From assembly GCA_947474005.1 (NCBI GenBank), contig CANJHI010000007.1:4070-68069 (forward strand): a DNA stretch of 64,000 nt. The letters run 5' to 3'. The notes under the pieces are model-generated. The model had not been told where the DNA came from and made no database searches. It saw nothing but the letters and a program-made list of their open reading frames with translations. Shown piece after piece: positions 30,952 through 40,944 of the stretch (the first letter of the stretch is position 1; each line of letters opens with the position of its first letter). The translations under genes were made by a program, and so were the position numbers. Source of the DNA: Alphaproteobacteria bacterium. GTDB taxonomy: Bacteria; Pseudomonadota; Alphaproteobacteria; Reyranellales; Reyranellaceae.

Positions 30952-32484
30952 TCACAGAGGTACATTGCCGTGCTTGCGCCACGGGTTCTCGAGCTTCTTG
31001 GTCTCGAGCGTGGCCAGCGCCTTGCAGATCCGCCGGCGCGTGCCGTGCGGCATGATCACGTCGTCGATGAAGCCTCGGTTGGCCGCCACGAACGGATTGG
31101 CGAACTTCTCGCGGTACTCCTCGGTACGCTTGGCGATCTTGGCCGCGTCACCGATATCGGAGCGGAAGATGATCTCCACCGCGCCCTTGGCGCCCATGAC
31201 GGCGATCTCCGCCCCGGGCCAGGCGTAGTTCACGTCGCCGCGCAGGTGCTTGGATGCCATCACGTCGTAGGCGCCGCCGTAGGCCTTGCGGGTGATCACG
31301 GTCACCTTGGGGACCGTCGCCTCGGCATAGGCATAGAGGAGCTTGGCGCCGTGCTTGATGATGCCGCCGAACTCCTGCTGAGTGCCCGGCAGGAAGCCCG
31401 GCACATCGACGAAGGTGACGATCGGAATATTGAAGGCATCGCAGAAGCGCACGAAGCGCGCGGCCTTGCGCGAGCTGTCGATGTCCAGGCAGCCCGCCAG
31501 GACCATCGGCTGATTGGCGACAAAGCCCACGGTGCGGCCAGCCATGCGGCCAAAGCCCACCACCATGTTCCCCGCCCATTCCGGCGACAGTTCGAAGAAA
31601 TCGCCCTCGTCCACAACCTTTAGGATCAGTTCCTTGATGTCGTAGGGCTTGTTGGGGTTTTCGGGCACCAGCGTGTCGAGCGAAGGATCGTCGCGGTCCG
31701 CCGGATCGAGCGTGGCGCGGACCGGCGCCTTTTCGCGATTGTTGGCCGGCAGAAAGTCAACGAAGCGGCGCAGTTGCAGCAGTGCCTCGACGTCATTCTC
31801 GAAAGCGAGATCGGAGACACCTGACTTCTGCGTGTGGGTGAGCGCGCCGCCCAGCTCTTCCTGGGTCACGGTCTCGTGCGTCACCGTCTTCACCACGTCG
31901 GGGCCGGTGACGAACATGTAGGAGCTGTCCTTCACCATGAAGATGAAGTCGGTCATGGCCGGCGAATAGACCGCACCGCCGGCACAGGGCCCCATGACCA
32001 TGGAAATCTGCGGGATCACGCCCGAGGCCATGACATTGCGCTGGAACACGTCGGCGTAGCCGGCCAGTGAATCGACACCCTCCTGGATGCGCGCACCGCC
32101 GGAATCGTTGAGCCCGAGCACGGGCGCACCGACCTTCATGGCGATGTCCATGACCTTGCAGATCTTGGCGGCATGCATGCCCGACAGCGCACCGCCAAAC
32201 ACGGTGAAATCCTGGCTGAAGACATAGACCAGCCGGCCGTTGATCGTGCCGTGACCGGTCACCACGCCGTCGCCCGGAATCTTCTGGGTCTCCATGCCAA
32301 AATCGATCGAGCGGTGCTCGACATACATGTCGTATTCCTCGAACGAGCCCGGATCGAGGAGGGCATCGATGCGCTCGCGCGCCGTCAGCTTGCCCTTGCC
32401 GTGCTGTGCCTCGATGCGGCGCAGCCCGCCTCCCAGGCGCGCGCCGGCGCGGCGGCGTTCGAGTTCGTCCAACATGTGCTGCAT
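30952..32484 (-). CDS. pccB: Propionyl-CoA carboxylase beta (carboxyltransferase)
   Basis: [40 protein letters not shown]. Confidence 0.95.
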   Translation of the reverse strand: MQHMLDELERRRAGARLGGGLRRIEAQHGKGKLTARERIDALLDPGSFEEYDMYVEHRSIDFGMETQKIPGDGVVTGHGTINGRLVYVFSQDFTVFGGALSGMHAAKICKVMDIAMKVGAPVLGLNDSGGARIQEGVDSLAGYADVFQRNVMASGVIPQISMVMGPCAGGAVYSPAMTDFIFMVKDSSYMFVTGPDVVKTVTHETVTQEELGGALTHTQKSGVSDLAFENDVEALLQLRRFVDFLPANNREKAPVRATLDPADRDDPSLDTLVPENPNKPYDIKELILKVVDEGDFFELSPEWAGNMVVGFGRMAGRTVGFVANQPMVLAGCLDIDSSRKAARFVRFCDAFNIPIVTFVDVPGFLPGTQQEFGGIIKHGAKLLYAYAEATVPKVTVITRKAYGGAYDVMASKHLRGDVNYAWPGAEIAVMGAKGAVEIIFRSDIGDAAKIAKRTEEYREKFANPFVAANRGFIDDVIMPHGTRRRICKALATLETKKLENPWRKHGNVPL

Positions 32485-32534
32485 CCCGGTCTCCGGCCTT
32501 CCGCGTCAGTTTTCAGCCATTAGCACGACGGCGT

Positions 32535-33407
32535 CTAGCGGAGGAATCGCTTCTCGTTGTCCTTGACCGTGCCCATGCCCTGCAGCTCGAACACATCCTC
32601 GACCGTGGCGATGCTCGCTTCGACGCCATGAATGCCCCGATCCTTGCGAATCTGCGCAAAGGTCGCGCGCATTGCACCAACGGAGGCACGAATGGCGTGA
32701 TTGCCCCAGATCAGCAAGCCGATCTTCCCGAGCTCCTTCACCCGGGCCACCGTCATTTGCGGATAGGCCGTCGGCACCAGCGCAATCGGTGCCTTGCCGT
32801 CCCAGGCCTTCACGAAGGCCTCGATCTCGTCGGGCGTCTTCTGCTTGGAATGGACCAGGATCATGTCGGCCCCGGCCGCCTCATAGGCGCGCGCGCGCTT
32901 CAAGGCCTCGTCCTGGCCGAGGCCGGCGATCAATGCCTCGGTCCGCGCCACGATCACCAGATCGGGGTCCCGCCGCGCCGCGCGCGCCGCCTCGATCTTG
33001 CCCTGGAATTCCTCGATGCGGACCATGTCCTGGCGACCGCCGGCGATCAGGCTGGTGACCTTGGGAAAGCTCTTGTCCTCCATCACGATCGCGGCCGCGC
33101 CGGCGCGCTCGTACTGTTCGATGACATAGAGCACGTTGATGGCGTTGCCAAAGCCGGTATCGATATCAGCGACCACCGGCAGTCCCGACCGGTCGACCAT
33201 CGCCCGCGTCATGTCGAGATGCTGCGTCATCGACACCACGCTGACGTCGGGCACGCCGTACATGGCCGAGAGTTCGAAGCCGCTCGCCCAGATCGCGTCG
33301 AAACCCGCTTCGGCCGCCAGCATCGCCGATAGCGGACTGTGCGCGGCCATCGCCTCGACAAGACCGTTCTTCGCCAGAACCTGCCGCAGTTTGCTGCCTG
33401 ATCCCAT
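32535..33407 (-). CDS. pphA: Phosphonopyruvate hydrolase (PEP mutase/isocitrate lyase superfamily)
   Basis: ASGFELSA, ADIDTGFGN, EDKSFPKVTSL gating loop (Thr, hydrolase type), RQDMVRIEEFQGKI, GNHAIRA; close to my recollection of the Variovorax PPH sequence. Confidence 0.82.
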   Translation of the reverse strand: MGSGSKLRQVLAKNGLVEAMAAHSPLSAMLAAEAGFDAIWASGFELSAMYGVPDVSVVSMTQHLDMTRAMVDRSGLPVVADIDTGFGNAINVLYVIEQYERAGAAAIVMEDKSFPKVTSLIAGGRQDMVRIEEFQGKIEAARAARRDPDLVIVARTEALIAGLGQDEALKRARAYEAAGADMILVHSKQKTPDEIEAFVKAWDGKAPIALVPTAYPQMTVARVKELGKIGLLIWGNHAIRASVGAMRATFAQIRKDRGIHGVEASIATVEDVFELQGMGTVKDNEKRFLR

Positions 33408-33420
33408 ATCTCATTCCCCT

Positions 33421-34137
33421 TCAGCGGCGCAGTCGCGCCTTCTCCAGCAATGCCAGGAACCGGGTGCTGGCACCGATATCCTTGGCCACTCCCTCGCGAT
33501 GCTTCAACGCCAACGGATCGTCGCCCCAGCGTTCGATCTGGTAGAGTTCGTCGACCTGCGCGGCGGCAAATGCGCCTTCGGCGGACAGCCGTCCCTCCGC
33601 CACCGCGAGTGCGATGATCACAGACCCGGCGGTATGCGTGAGATTGTAGAGCGCCGACAAGGCGAGATCGGCGTGCACGGCGACGGCGTCGCGCACGCGC
33701 CGAAGGGACTCTTCGGGCTGGTCGACGAAAGCTATTCCCTCGGCGACGATAAGGCGCGCGCCGTACCTGTCGGCAGCCCAGTCGAGCAGAGGCTGCCAGG
33801 CGTCCTGCTGCAGCTTCACGAGGCTCGCAGGCGTGGTCGCGCGATAGCACAGCAGGTCGGACCCGGCATATTTCGCGGTGTCGGCGATGATCTCCTGGCG
33901 TCGCGGAACGACCCGATCGAGGCCGGTTGCCGCCAGGCGCGTCAACGGCAGGTGGGCGGCGTTGATCTCCGCCTTGTCCGGCACGCCGTTCCATTCAGCC
34001 GCAATGGCGTCGGCCAACGGCCTCGTGGGGACGACGAGGATCGATTTCGCCGGCGTGCGCATGGGTTTGCCGTCAAGCAGCACACGAAAGCCGCCCTCCT
34101 CCGGCTCGACCGCCGTCTCCTTGTAGAAGCGCTTCAT
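33421..34137 (-). CDS. ATP12 family F1-ATPase assembly chaperone
   Basis: MKRFYK start (ATGA overlap with asmA), LLDGKPMRTPAK, DLLCYRA, DELYQIERWGDD. Confidence 0.93.
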   Translation of the reverse strand: MKRFYKETAVEPEEGGFRVLLDGKPMRTPAKSILVVPTRPLADAIAAEWNGVPDKAEINAAHLPLTRLAATGLDRVVPRRQEIIADTAKYAGSDLLCYRATTPASLVKLQQDAWQPLLDWAADRYGARLIVAEGIAFVDQPEESLRRVRDAVAVHADLALSALYNLTHTAGSVIIALAVAEGRLSAEGAFAAAQVDELYQIERWGDDPLALKHREGVAKDIGASTRFLALLEKARLRR

Positions 34138-36158
34138 GGCGCGCGACGCGGCGAGGGTTGTTGCGGGGGCGTCGCGGGGCGTCCAGCGCGCTGGCGAAGG
34201 TCGGCGGTGGACGGCGCCGGCATCTGGGCCCGCAATCCCGGCCTCAGGCCCTCGACGCGCGGCGCTACCGCGGCACACGGATTGACGCCGGTCTGACGCG
34301 CCGCCTGATTGATCTGGGACACGAGGCTGGGCACGACCCCCGCGCCGATGATCAACTTGGCGAGGTTGGGCTCCAGCGCGCCCGCGGTCGGCCGGCCGCT
34401 TCCGCCCTTGAGGCGCAGCGGCGAGGCCAGAGCCGCACTCTGGGCGTCGCGCACCTCGGGCGCGAGGATGAATTCCCAACCCTCGGTGCGCAGATTCACG
34501 TAGCCGCCGCCCACCATCGTGGTGCGCGGCGTGTCGACCACCAACCGGCGCAAGCTGGCGACGCCGCCGCTCACCTCGAAGCGGCCGGCAATGCAATTGA
34601 ACGGCACCCCGGTGTCGGCACCGCCGAGCAGCCGCTGCGTGTCCGCCGGCCAATTGGCGAGTGGTTCGCGCGGCCAAAGTCCCTTGGTGACGGCGATGTC
34701 GATCGAGCCGCTGGCCGAGTTCAGCGCATCGCGCGTGGTGCGTCCGCCGCCGCGCAGGCGCAGGTCGATATCCCCTACGGCATCGCGCAAGCCGAGGTCA
34801 AAGCCGATTACGCTTGCCAGTTCACCGAGCAAGACACGGTTGGCCGAGGCCGTGAGAGTGGCCTGACCGATCCGCCCGGTCGGATCGTAGACGAGATCGA
34901 AACCGGCGGAGCCGCCGCCGATGGTTGCGGCGGCGCGGAAGGCGAATCGCGAATCGTTCGAGATCAGCGTGACGGAGCCGTTCTGCATCTTGCTGCCGAG
35001 TCCGACGACCTCGCCCAGGCGCACCGTCACCGAGACGGCGGCGCGCCCGAGCCAGCTCGCCGCGAACGGCAGGGTGGGCACGAGCCTGGGCTGCGCCGGC
35101 GTCGGTGACCCGCCCGCTGACGGTGGTGCAGAAGGCGCCCGCAGCTCACTGACGTCGAGCCGGCTCACATCGGCGTTGACCGTTACCGTGGGAACGCCTT
35201 TGCGATCTGGGCGGAACAGCGCCTCACCGCTGAGTTCGCTGGCGCCCACCTTCAATGTCGTCACCTCGACCTTGAAGCCATTGCGCTGGGTCGCGGCCTT
35301 GGCATTCAGCGCATAGGGTCCGCCGCGCGGCACCGGTAGATAAATGTAGGGCCCGAAGGCCGACACATCGGGGCCCTCGGAGACGATCTGCACGTTGGTC
35401 CCCTTGACCCCCACGCCGCCCTTGATCGAGATCTTTCCTTCGCCGAACCCGCCCTGCAGATCGATGTTGCCGGGCAGGCCCCTCATCCAGCCATCGAACG
35501 ATCCGGCAGTACCGGTGAGCGTGAACGGTCTGGCCTGCGGGGCGCTGAAGCGACCCTCGAACTGCAATGGCTGATTGGGCGCCGACGATTTCAGGGTGGC
35601 CGTCGCCACCTCGAGGACGACCGGCGGCCGGCCCCCGCCGTCGGCAATCGTCAGCACCGAGTCCTGCACCTCGATCACACCGATCCACGGGAAGGCCGCA
35701 CTCGTGCGCAGGCGTAGGGACCGATTCTCCCCAGGATGCGGCCCCGAGCCGTCCGGAGGCGGCAACATGTCGAGATTGGTGTCACCCACGTCGTTGCGTT
35801 CGACCAGGATGTCGGCACCTTCGAGCACCACTCGGCCGATCTTGATCTCGCCGAGAAGCAAAGCCACCGGATCGAGGAACAGCGTGAGCTTGCGCACCCG
35901 CGCAAGCTCGGGACGCGATCCCCAGGGGGCGTTGGTCAGCGTCACCCCTTCGGCCACCATCGCGGGATACCGGCCGATCTTCACCGCCAGCGGCACCTTC
36001 GCGGCGAGTTCGCGACCCGTCACCTTGCGGATCTGTTCAGTGAGCCGGGCCTGATAGCGGGAGAGGTCGCGGGTGGCGCCCCAGATGAGCCCACCGATCA
36101 CGGCCAGCGGAATCACCGCTGCGAGAACCCAGGCCAGCCGCCTCCATGGAATGCGCAT
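34134..36158 (-). CDS. AsmA family protein
   Basis: N-terminal TM anchor, GVTLTNAPWGSRP AsmA_N; C-terminal PFNCIAGRFEVSGG...GGGYVNL. Confidence 0.85.
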   Translation of the reverse strand: MRIPWRRLAWVLAAVIPLAVIGGLIWGATRDLSRYQARLTEQIRKVTGRELAAKVPLAVKIGRYPAMVAEGVTLTNAPWGSRPELARVRKLTLFLDPVALLLGEIKIGRVVLEGADILVERNDVGDTNLDMLPPPDGSGPHPGENRSLRLRTSAAFPWIGVIEVQDSVLTIADGGGRPPVVLEVATATLKSSAPNQPLQFEGRFSAPQARPFTLTGTAGSFDGWMRGLPGNIDLQGGFGEGKISIKGGVGVKGTNVQIVSEGPDVSAFGPYIYLPVPRGGPYALNAKAATQRNGFKVEVTTLKVGASELSGEALFRPDRKGVPTVTVNADVSRLDVSELRAPSAPPSAGGSPTPAQPRLVPTLPFAASWLGRAAVSVTVRLGEVVGLGSKMQNGSVTLISNDSRFAFRAAATIGGGSAGFDLVYDPTGRIGQATLTASANRVLLGELASVIGFDLGLRDAVGDIDLRLRGGGRTTRDALNSASGSIDIAVTKGLWPREPLANWPADTQRLLGGADTGVPFNCIAGRFEVSGGVASLRRLVVDTPRTTMVGGGYVNLRTEGWEFILAPEVRDAQSAALASPLRLKGGSGRPTAGALEPNLAKLIIGAGVVPSLVSQINQAARQTGVNPCAAVAPRVEGLRPGLRAQMPAPSTADLRQRAGRPATPPQQPSPRRAP

Positions 36159-36174
36159 GCCGTCCGATTCTCGC

Positions 36175-37182
36175 TCAATCCCCGTCCGTCGAAAAGCCGA
36201 ATGCTTCGACCGTGCGGCGGAAGTGAGGCGGCAGCTCGGCCGTGACCTTCAGTTCGCCCTTGCCCGAGGGATGCGGCAGCAGCAGTCGGCGGGCGTGGAG
36301 GTGCAAGCGGCGGGCGTCGGCGACGGAGGCAAGCAGCGCTTCTTCGCCGCCATATTTACCGTCGCCGAGAATTGGACAGCCAATCTCCGCGCAGTGAACC
36401 CGCAGTTGATGCGTTCGCCCGGTGCGCGGCCACAGCGCCAGCAGTGCCGCCCGCTTGGCCAGGCGGTCGAGTTCGCGAAAGTGCGTCAGGGCTTTCTGGC
36501 CGTTCTCCTTGTCGACCTGCATCATCTCCCGGTCGCGCGCGCCCGGCCGCTTGGCGAGCGGCAGGTCGATGGCGCCTTCCTTCTGGGGAGGCACGCCGAC
36601 GACGACGGCCCAGTAGAGCTTTTCCGTCTCGCGCTGGCGAAACGACTCGGCCAGGCGTTTGGCCGCCTGTCCGGTGCGGGCAATCAGCAGAAGGCCGCTG
36701 GTATCCTTGTCGAGGCGGTGGACCAGCCGCGGCCGATCCTCGAAGCCGAACCGGAGCGCGTCGAGCATGCCGTCGATGTGCCGCTCCGTGCCCGTGCCCC
36801 CCTGCACCGCCAATCCTGGTGGCTTGTTCAGGACGATGACCTGATCGTCGCGATGGATCACCAGGGACTGGATTTCGGCGGCATCGCGGTCGGAGACGGT
36901 GGGGATCTCCCGGGGCTTGAGCGGCGGCGCCGACGTGACGCCGGGCGGCAGGCGGACCTGCTGGCCGGGCTCGACACGGTCCTTGCCCTCCACCCGCTTG
37001 CCATCGATCCGGACCTGGCCCGTGCGCAGGAGTTTCTGCAGGGCGCCGTGGCTCAGGCCGGGGAAATGGCGCTGGAACCAGCGATCCAGACGCAGACCGG
37101 CCTCATCGTCGGATACGGCGCGCGTCTGGACCTGGCCGCGCGGGCCACCCAGGGTCGCGTTGGAGACGGGGCTGTCGCTCAT
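36175..37182 (-). CDS. rluC: RluA-family pseudouridine synthase (RluC-like, S4 domain)
   Basis: RLDRWF S4 domain, NKPPGLAVQGG, VHRLDKDTSG, TGRTHQLRVH. Confidence 0.9.
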   Translation of the reverse strand: MSDSPVSNATLGGPRGQVQTRAVSDDEAGLRLDRWFQRHFPGLSHGALQKLLRTGQVRIDGKRVEGKDRVEPGQQVRLPPGVTSAPPLKPREIPTVSDRDAAEIQSLVIHRDDQVIVLNKPPGLAVQGGTGTERHIDGMLDALRFGFEDRPRLVHRLDKDTSGLLLIARTGQAAKRLAESFRQRETEKLYWAVVVGVPPQKEGAIDLPLAKRPGARDREMMQVDKENGQKALTHFRELDRLAKRAALLALWPRTGRTHQLRVHCAEIGCPILGDGKYGGEEALLASVADARRLHLHARRLLLPHPSGKGELKVTAELPPHFRRTVEAFGFSTDGD

Positions 37183-37217
37183 GGCGCGCAACCTAGGCGA
37201 CAAGCTAAACAGGGTCC

Positions 37218-38147
37218 ATGGAATCGGTGTCGTTCGACACGCTGACATTCGATCACCCGGCGGCCTGCCGGCCGGCGCGGTTGACCGCGAGCCTGCACCT
37301 GCCCGTACCGTGCGAGCGGCCGGCACCCTGCATGGTGATCCTGACCAGTAGCGCCGGCGTGCAGCGCCACCGCGAGCATTACTACGCCCAAATGCTCAAC
37401 GAGGCCGGCACGGCCGCCCTGATCGTCGACAGCTTCACGGGCCGCGGCGTGCGCCGCACGGTCGCCGACCAGACCCTGGTCTCCGGCGCCCAGATGGAGG
37501 GCGATGCCTTCGCAGCCCTTGCCCTGCTGCGCGACGACTCCCGCATCGACCCGCACCGGATCGGCCTCATGGGCGTCTCCAAGGGCGGCGTGGCTACCCT
37601 CAACGCCGCCATCGCCGTCCGCCAGCGCTGGCGCAGCGGCTTTCCCCACTTGTTCGACCTGCATGTGGCGATCTGTCCCGGGGCCACCGCCCAGCACCGC
37701 GATCCGACGACCCACGGCCGGCCGATGTTCTTCATGCTGGCGGCCCGCGACGACTACACCCCCGCCCCGCTCGCCGTCGAATATGCCGAGCGCATGCGGG
37801 CCGCCGGCAACGGCCGCATCAAGGTCAAGATCTACGGCAGTGCGCACCACGGCTGGGAATCGATCGGGCCGGTCTTCGACATCAAGGATGCCGAGAACTG
37901 GTCGTGCTGCCGGAACTACATCGAGGACGACGGCAGGCATTTCATCCCGGCGGCCGGACGGGCGATGAGCGAGCCCGAGTACCAGGCCTGGGCACGGCAG
38001 CACTGCGTCACGCGAGGGGCTCGGGCGGGCGGCGGAACGCTCGAACTGAAGCAGCGGGCAACCGCAGACCTGCTGGGCTTCCTTGCGGTTCACGACTTCA
38101 CTGCTTCATGGACGAATCGGAAGTTTCCGGCTATACGAGACGCGTGA
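37218..38147 (+). CDS. Dienelactone hydrolase-family alpha/beta hydrolase (Ser nucleophile)
   Basis: GVSKGG nucleophile elbow, ARDDYTP Asp, AHHGWE His. Confidence 0.8.
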   Translation: MESVSFDTLTFDHPAACRPARLTASLHLPVPCERPAPCMVILTSSAGVQRHREHYYAQMLNEAGTAALIVDSFTGRGVRRTVADQTLVSGAQMEGDAFAALALLRDDSRIDPHRIGLMGVSKGGVATLNAAIAVRQRWRSGFPHLFDLHVAICPGATAQHRDPTTHGRPMFFMLAARDDYTPAPLAVEYAERMRAAGNGRIKVKIYGSAHHGWESIGPVFDIKDAENWSCCRNYIEDDGRHFIPAAGRAMSEPEYQAWARQHCVTRGARAGGGTLELKQRATADLLGFLAVHDFTASWTNRKFPAIRDA

Positions 38148-39631
38148 TTCGTATTCATTTTCTCGCCGGTTTACTGGCTTTTGTCGTACCCGCCCTCGGG
38201 CCGTTTCCCTCCCTCGCCAGCGATACGCTGTGGACCGGGTCCCGGGCCGGCAGCGCCCGTTCGGAGGCCCTGGTCAGCGCTATTCGGGCGTCCGCCGACC
38301 ATGGGCTCAACCCGGCTTGGTACGGCTTGGCCGATGTCGAGAAGGCTGTGGCGCCTGGGGCCGACCCGGCAGCGGCAGAATCCCTTCTCACGGCGGCCTT
38401 CGTGGCCTACGCCAGCGATGTCTCGACGGGTCGCGTGCGCGCCAACCGGATCGACAAGGAAATCTCGATCGACCAGCGCAAGGTCGACAAGGCAGACCTG
38501 CTGAAGGCTGCCGCCGAGGCGCCGGACTTCGCCGTCTACCTTGCCTCGCTTCCACCCAGGGGCGACTATCCGGGATTGCAGAAGGCGTTGGCGATCTGGC
38601 GCGACAAGCGCGCCAAGGCGGCCTTCACGCCACTGCCCGACGGCACCGCCCTGAAGCCCGGCATGATCGATGTCCGCGTGCCGCTGCTGCGCAAGCGGCT
38701 GGCCGAACTCGAACTCAAGCTGCCCGATCCCGGCCCTGTCGTGGACCAGTACGACGAGGCGCTGGCCGCCGTCGTGAAGTCCTACCAGGAAACCAAGGGG
38801 CTCACGGTCGACGGCGTCATCGGCGCCAAGACGGTCCGTTCGCTCAACACCACGATCGACGAGCGCATCGACCAGATCGTGGCCAACCTGGAGCGCCGGC
38901 GCTGGCTGCCGGAAGATCTCGGCAGCCGCTACGTGTTCGTGAACACCGGCGACTATTCGATGGTGTTCGTCGACGCCGGCAAGGTCGCTTTCCAGAGCCT
39001 GGTGATCGTCGGCACGCCTAAGGATCCGACACCGGAGATTCAATCGGTGATGCGCGGCTTCCAGACCAACCCCTTCTGGACCGTGCCGCAGTCGATCGCC
39101 GGCGAGGAGTACCTGCCGCTGTTGCGCCGCGATCCCAATGCGCTGGCCAGCAACGGCTTCAAGATCTTCGCCAACTGGAGCGACGACACGGAACTCGACC
39201 CCAACACGGTGGACTGGAGTTCGATCCATCCCAAGGCGTTCCCCTACCGCATCCGGCAGGACTCCGGCGCCACCAACGCGCTCGGCTACATCTTCTTCCC
39301 GTTCAACAACAAGTACGGGATCTACATGCACGACACCGCCAGCCGGTGGCTGTTCACCGAGGGCAGCCGCAATTTCAGCCATGGCTGCATCCGCCTGCTG
39401 AACCCGCTGGATTTCGTCGAGAAGGTCTTCAACGGCAAGAGCAACTTCAGCCAGGAGCGCGTGCGGCAGGTCATCAATTCCGGCCAGCAGGCGCACTACA
39501 CCTTCCCCGAGCCGGTCACGCTCTACGTCACTTATCGCACGGTGTCGGCCGATGCCGGCGGTGCCGCGACGTTCCGCGACGACGTCTACGGCCGCGATCG
39601 CCTTGTCGTGAAGGCGATGCCCAAGCCCTGA
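38144..39631 (+). CDS. L,D-transpeptidase (YcbB/LdtD type: scaffold, PG-binding and YkuD domains)
   Basis: GTGA overlap start; signal peptide; GLTVDGVIG PG-binding motif; IYMHDT...FSHGCIRL. Confidence 0.92.
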   Translation: MIRIHFLAGLLAFVVPALGPFPSLASDTLWTGSRAGSARSEALVSAIRASADHGLNPAWYGLADVEKAVAPGADPAAAESLLTAAFVAYASDVSTGRVRANRIDKEISIDQRKVDKADLLKAAAEAPDFAVYLASLPPRGDYPGLQKALAIWRDKRAKAAFTPLPDGTALKPGMIDVRVPLLRKRLAELELKLPDPGPVVDQYDEALAAVVKSYQETKGLTVDGVIGAKTVRSLNTTIDERIDQIVANLERRRWLPEDLGSRYVFVNTGDYSMVFVDAGKVAFQSLVIVGTPKDPTPEIQSVMRGFQTNPFWTVPQSIAGEEYLPLLRRDPNALASNGFKIFANWSDDTELDPNTVDWSSIHPKAFPYRIRQDSGATNALGYIFFPFNNKYGIYMHDTASRWLFTEGSRNFSHGCIRLLNPLDFVEKVFNGKSNFSQERVRQVINSGQQAHYTFPEPVTLYVTYRTVSADAGGAATFRDDVYGRDRLVVKAMPKP

Positions 39632-39635
39632 AGGC

Positions 39636-40925
39636 TCAGCGCTTCTTGTCCCGAAGCTTCTTCCAGTAGTCGAGGCGCTTCACGATCTCGCGTTCGAAGC
39701 CGCGCTCGACGGGCTTGTAGAACTCCTCGCGCGCCATACCGTCGGGAAAGTAGTTCTGCCCCGAGAATCCGTCGGTTGCGTTGTGATCGTACTCGTAGCC
39801 CTGGCCGTAGCCGATCTCCTTCATCAGCTTGGTCGGCGCGTTCAGGATGTGCATCGGCGGCGTGAGCGAGCCGTGGGTCTTGGCGGCGCGCTTGGCGGCG
39901 CCGTACGCGACATAGCCCGCGTTCGATTTCGGCGCGGTGCCGAGATAGATCACCGCCTGGGCGATGGCGAGTTCGCCCTCGGGCGAGCCGAGGCGGTCGT
40001 AGGTATCCCAGGCCGCGAGCGTCTGGGTGAGCGCCTGCGGATCGGCCATGCCGATGTCCTCGACGGCGAAGCGCACGAGGCGGCGGGCGATGTATTTCGG
40101 GTCCTCGCCGCCATCCAGCATACGGGCGAACCAGTAGAGCGCGGCATCGACGTCGGAGCCGCGCAGCGACTTGTGCAGGGCGCTGATCAGGTTGTAGTGC
40201 GCTTCCTGCGCCTTGTCGTAGAGCGGCGCGCGCTTCTGCAGCAACGTGGCCAGCCTGGCCGGCGGCAACGGTCCCTTCTCCTTGAGTTGCGCGAGCTGCT
40301 CGGCCAGCCCGATCAGGTAGCGGCCATCGCCATCGGCCATGGCGAACAGGGCCTGCCGTCCCGCCTCGTCGATCGGCAGTTCACGGCCGAGCGCCTTCTC
40401 GACCCGCGCCAGCAGGATCTCGAGCGCCGCCTCGTCGAGACGCCGCAGCACCAGCACCTGGCAGCGCGACAGCAGCGCGGCATTGAGCTCAAAGGACGGG
40501 TTCTCGGTGGTCGCCCCGATCAATGTGACGGTGCCGTCCTCGACGTAAGGTAGAAAACCGTCCTGCTGAGCGCGGTTGAAGCGGTGGATCTCGTCGACGA
40601 ACAGCAGCGTGCCCTTGCCGTCCTTGCGACGCTGGCGTGCCGCCTCGAAGATCTTGCGCAGGTCGGCGACGCCAGAGAACACCGCCGACAGCGGCTCGAA
40701 ATGCAGGTCGGTCGCCTCGGCGAGCAGCCGCGCAATCGTGGTCTTGCCGCACCCCGGTGGTCCCCACAGGATCAGCGAGCTGAGCTTGCGCGCCGCCAGC
40801 ATGCGGCCGAGCGGACCGTCCGGGCCGAGCAGATGGTCCTGGCCCAGGATCTCGCCAAGCGCACGCGGCCGCAGGCGTTCGGCGAGCGGCGTCGGGGCGA
40901 GCGAGGCGAAGAGTTCAGCCGGCAC
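39636..40925 (-). CDS. rarA: Replication-associated recombination protein A
   Basis: LAERLRPRAL, GPPGCGKTT, DEIHRFNRAQQD, HKSLRGSD, EDIGMADP. Confidence 0.96.
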   Translation of the reverse strand: MPAELFASLAPTPLAERLRPRALGEILGQDHLLGPDGPLGRMLAARKLSSLILWGPPGCGKTTIARLLAEATDLHFEPLSAVFSGVADLRKIFEAARQRRKDGKGTLLFVDEIHRFNRAQQDGFLPYVEDGTVTLIGATTENPSFELNAALLSRCQVLVLRRLDEAALEILLARVEKALGRELPIDEAGRQALFAMADGDGRYLIGLAEQLAQLKEKGPLPPARLATLLQKRAPLYDKAQEAHYNLISALHKSLRGSDVDAALYWFARMLDGGEDPKYIARRLVRFAVEDIGMADPQALTQTLAAWDTYDRLGSPEGELAIAQAVIYLGTAPKSNAGYVAYGAAKRAAKTHGSLTPPMHILNAPTKLMKEIGYGQGYEYDHNATDGFSGQNYFPDGMAREEFYKPVERGFEREIVKRLDYWKKLRDKKR

Positions 40926-40944
40926 GATCCGAGGCTACCACGCC

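Noticed and set aside
32535-33407. PEP mutase marking a phosphonate biosynthetic cluster
   Set aside because: The loop has Thr (hydrolase type) rather than Asn, and there is no decarboxylase, nucleotidyltransferase or other biosynthetic gene nearby
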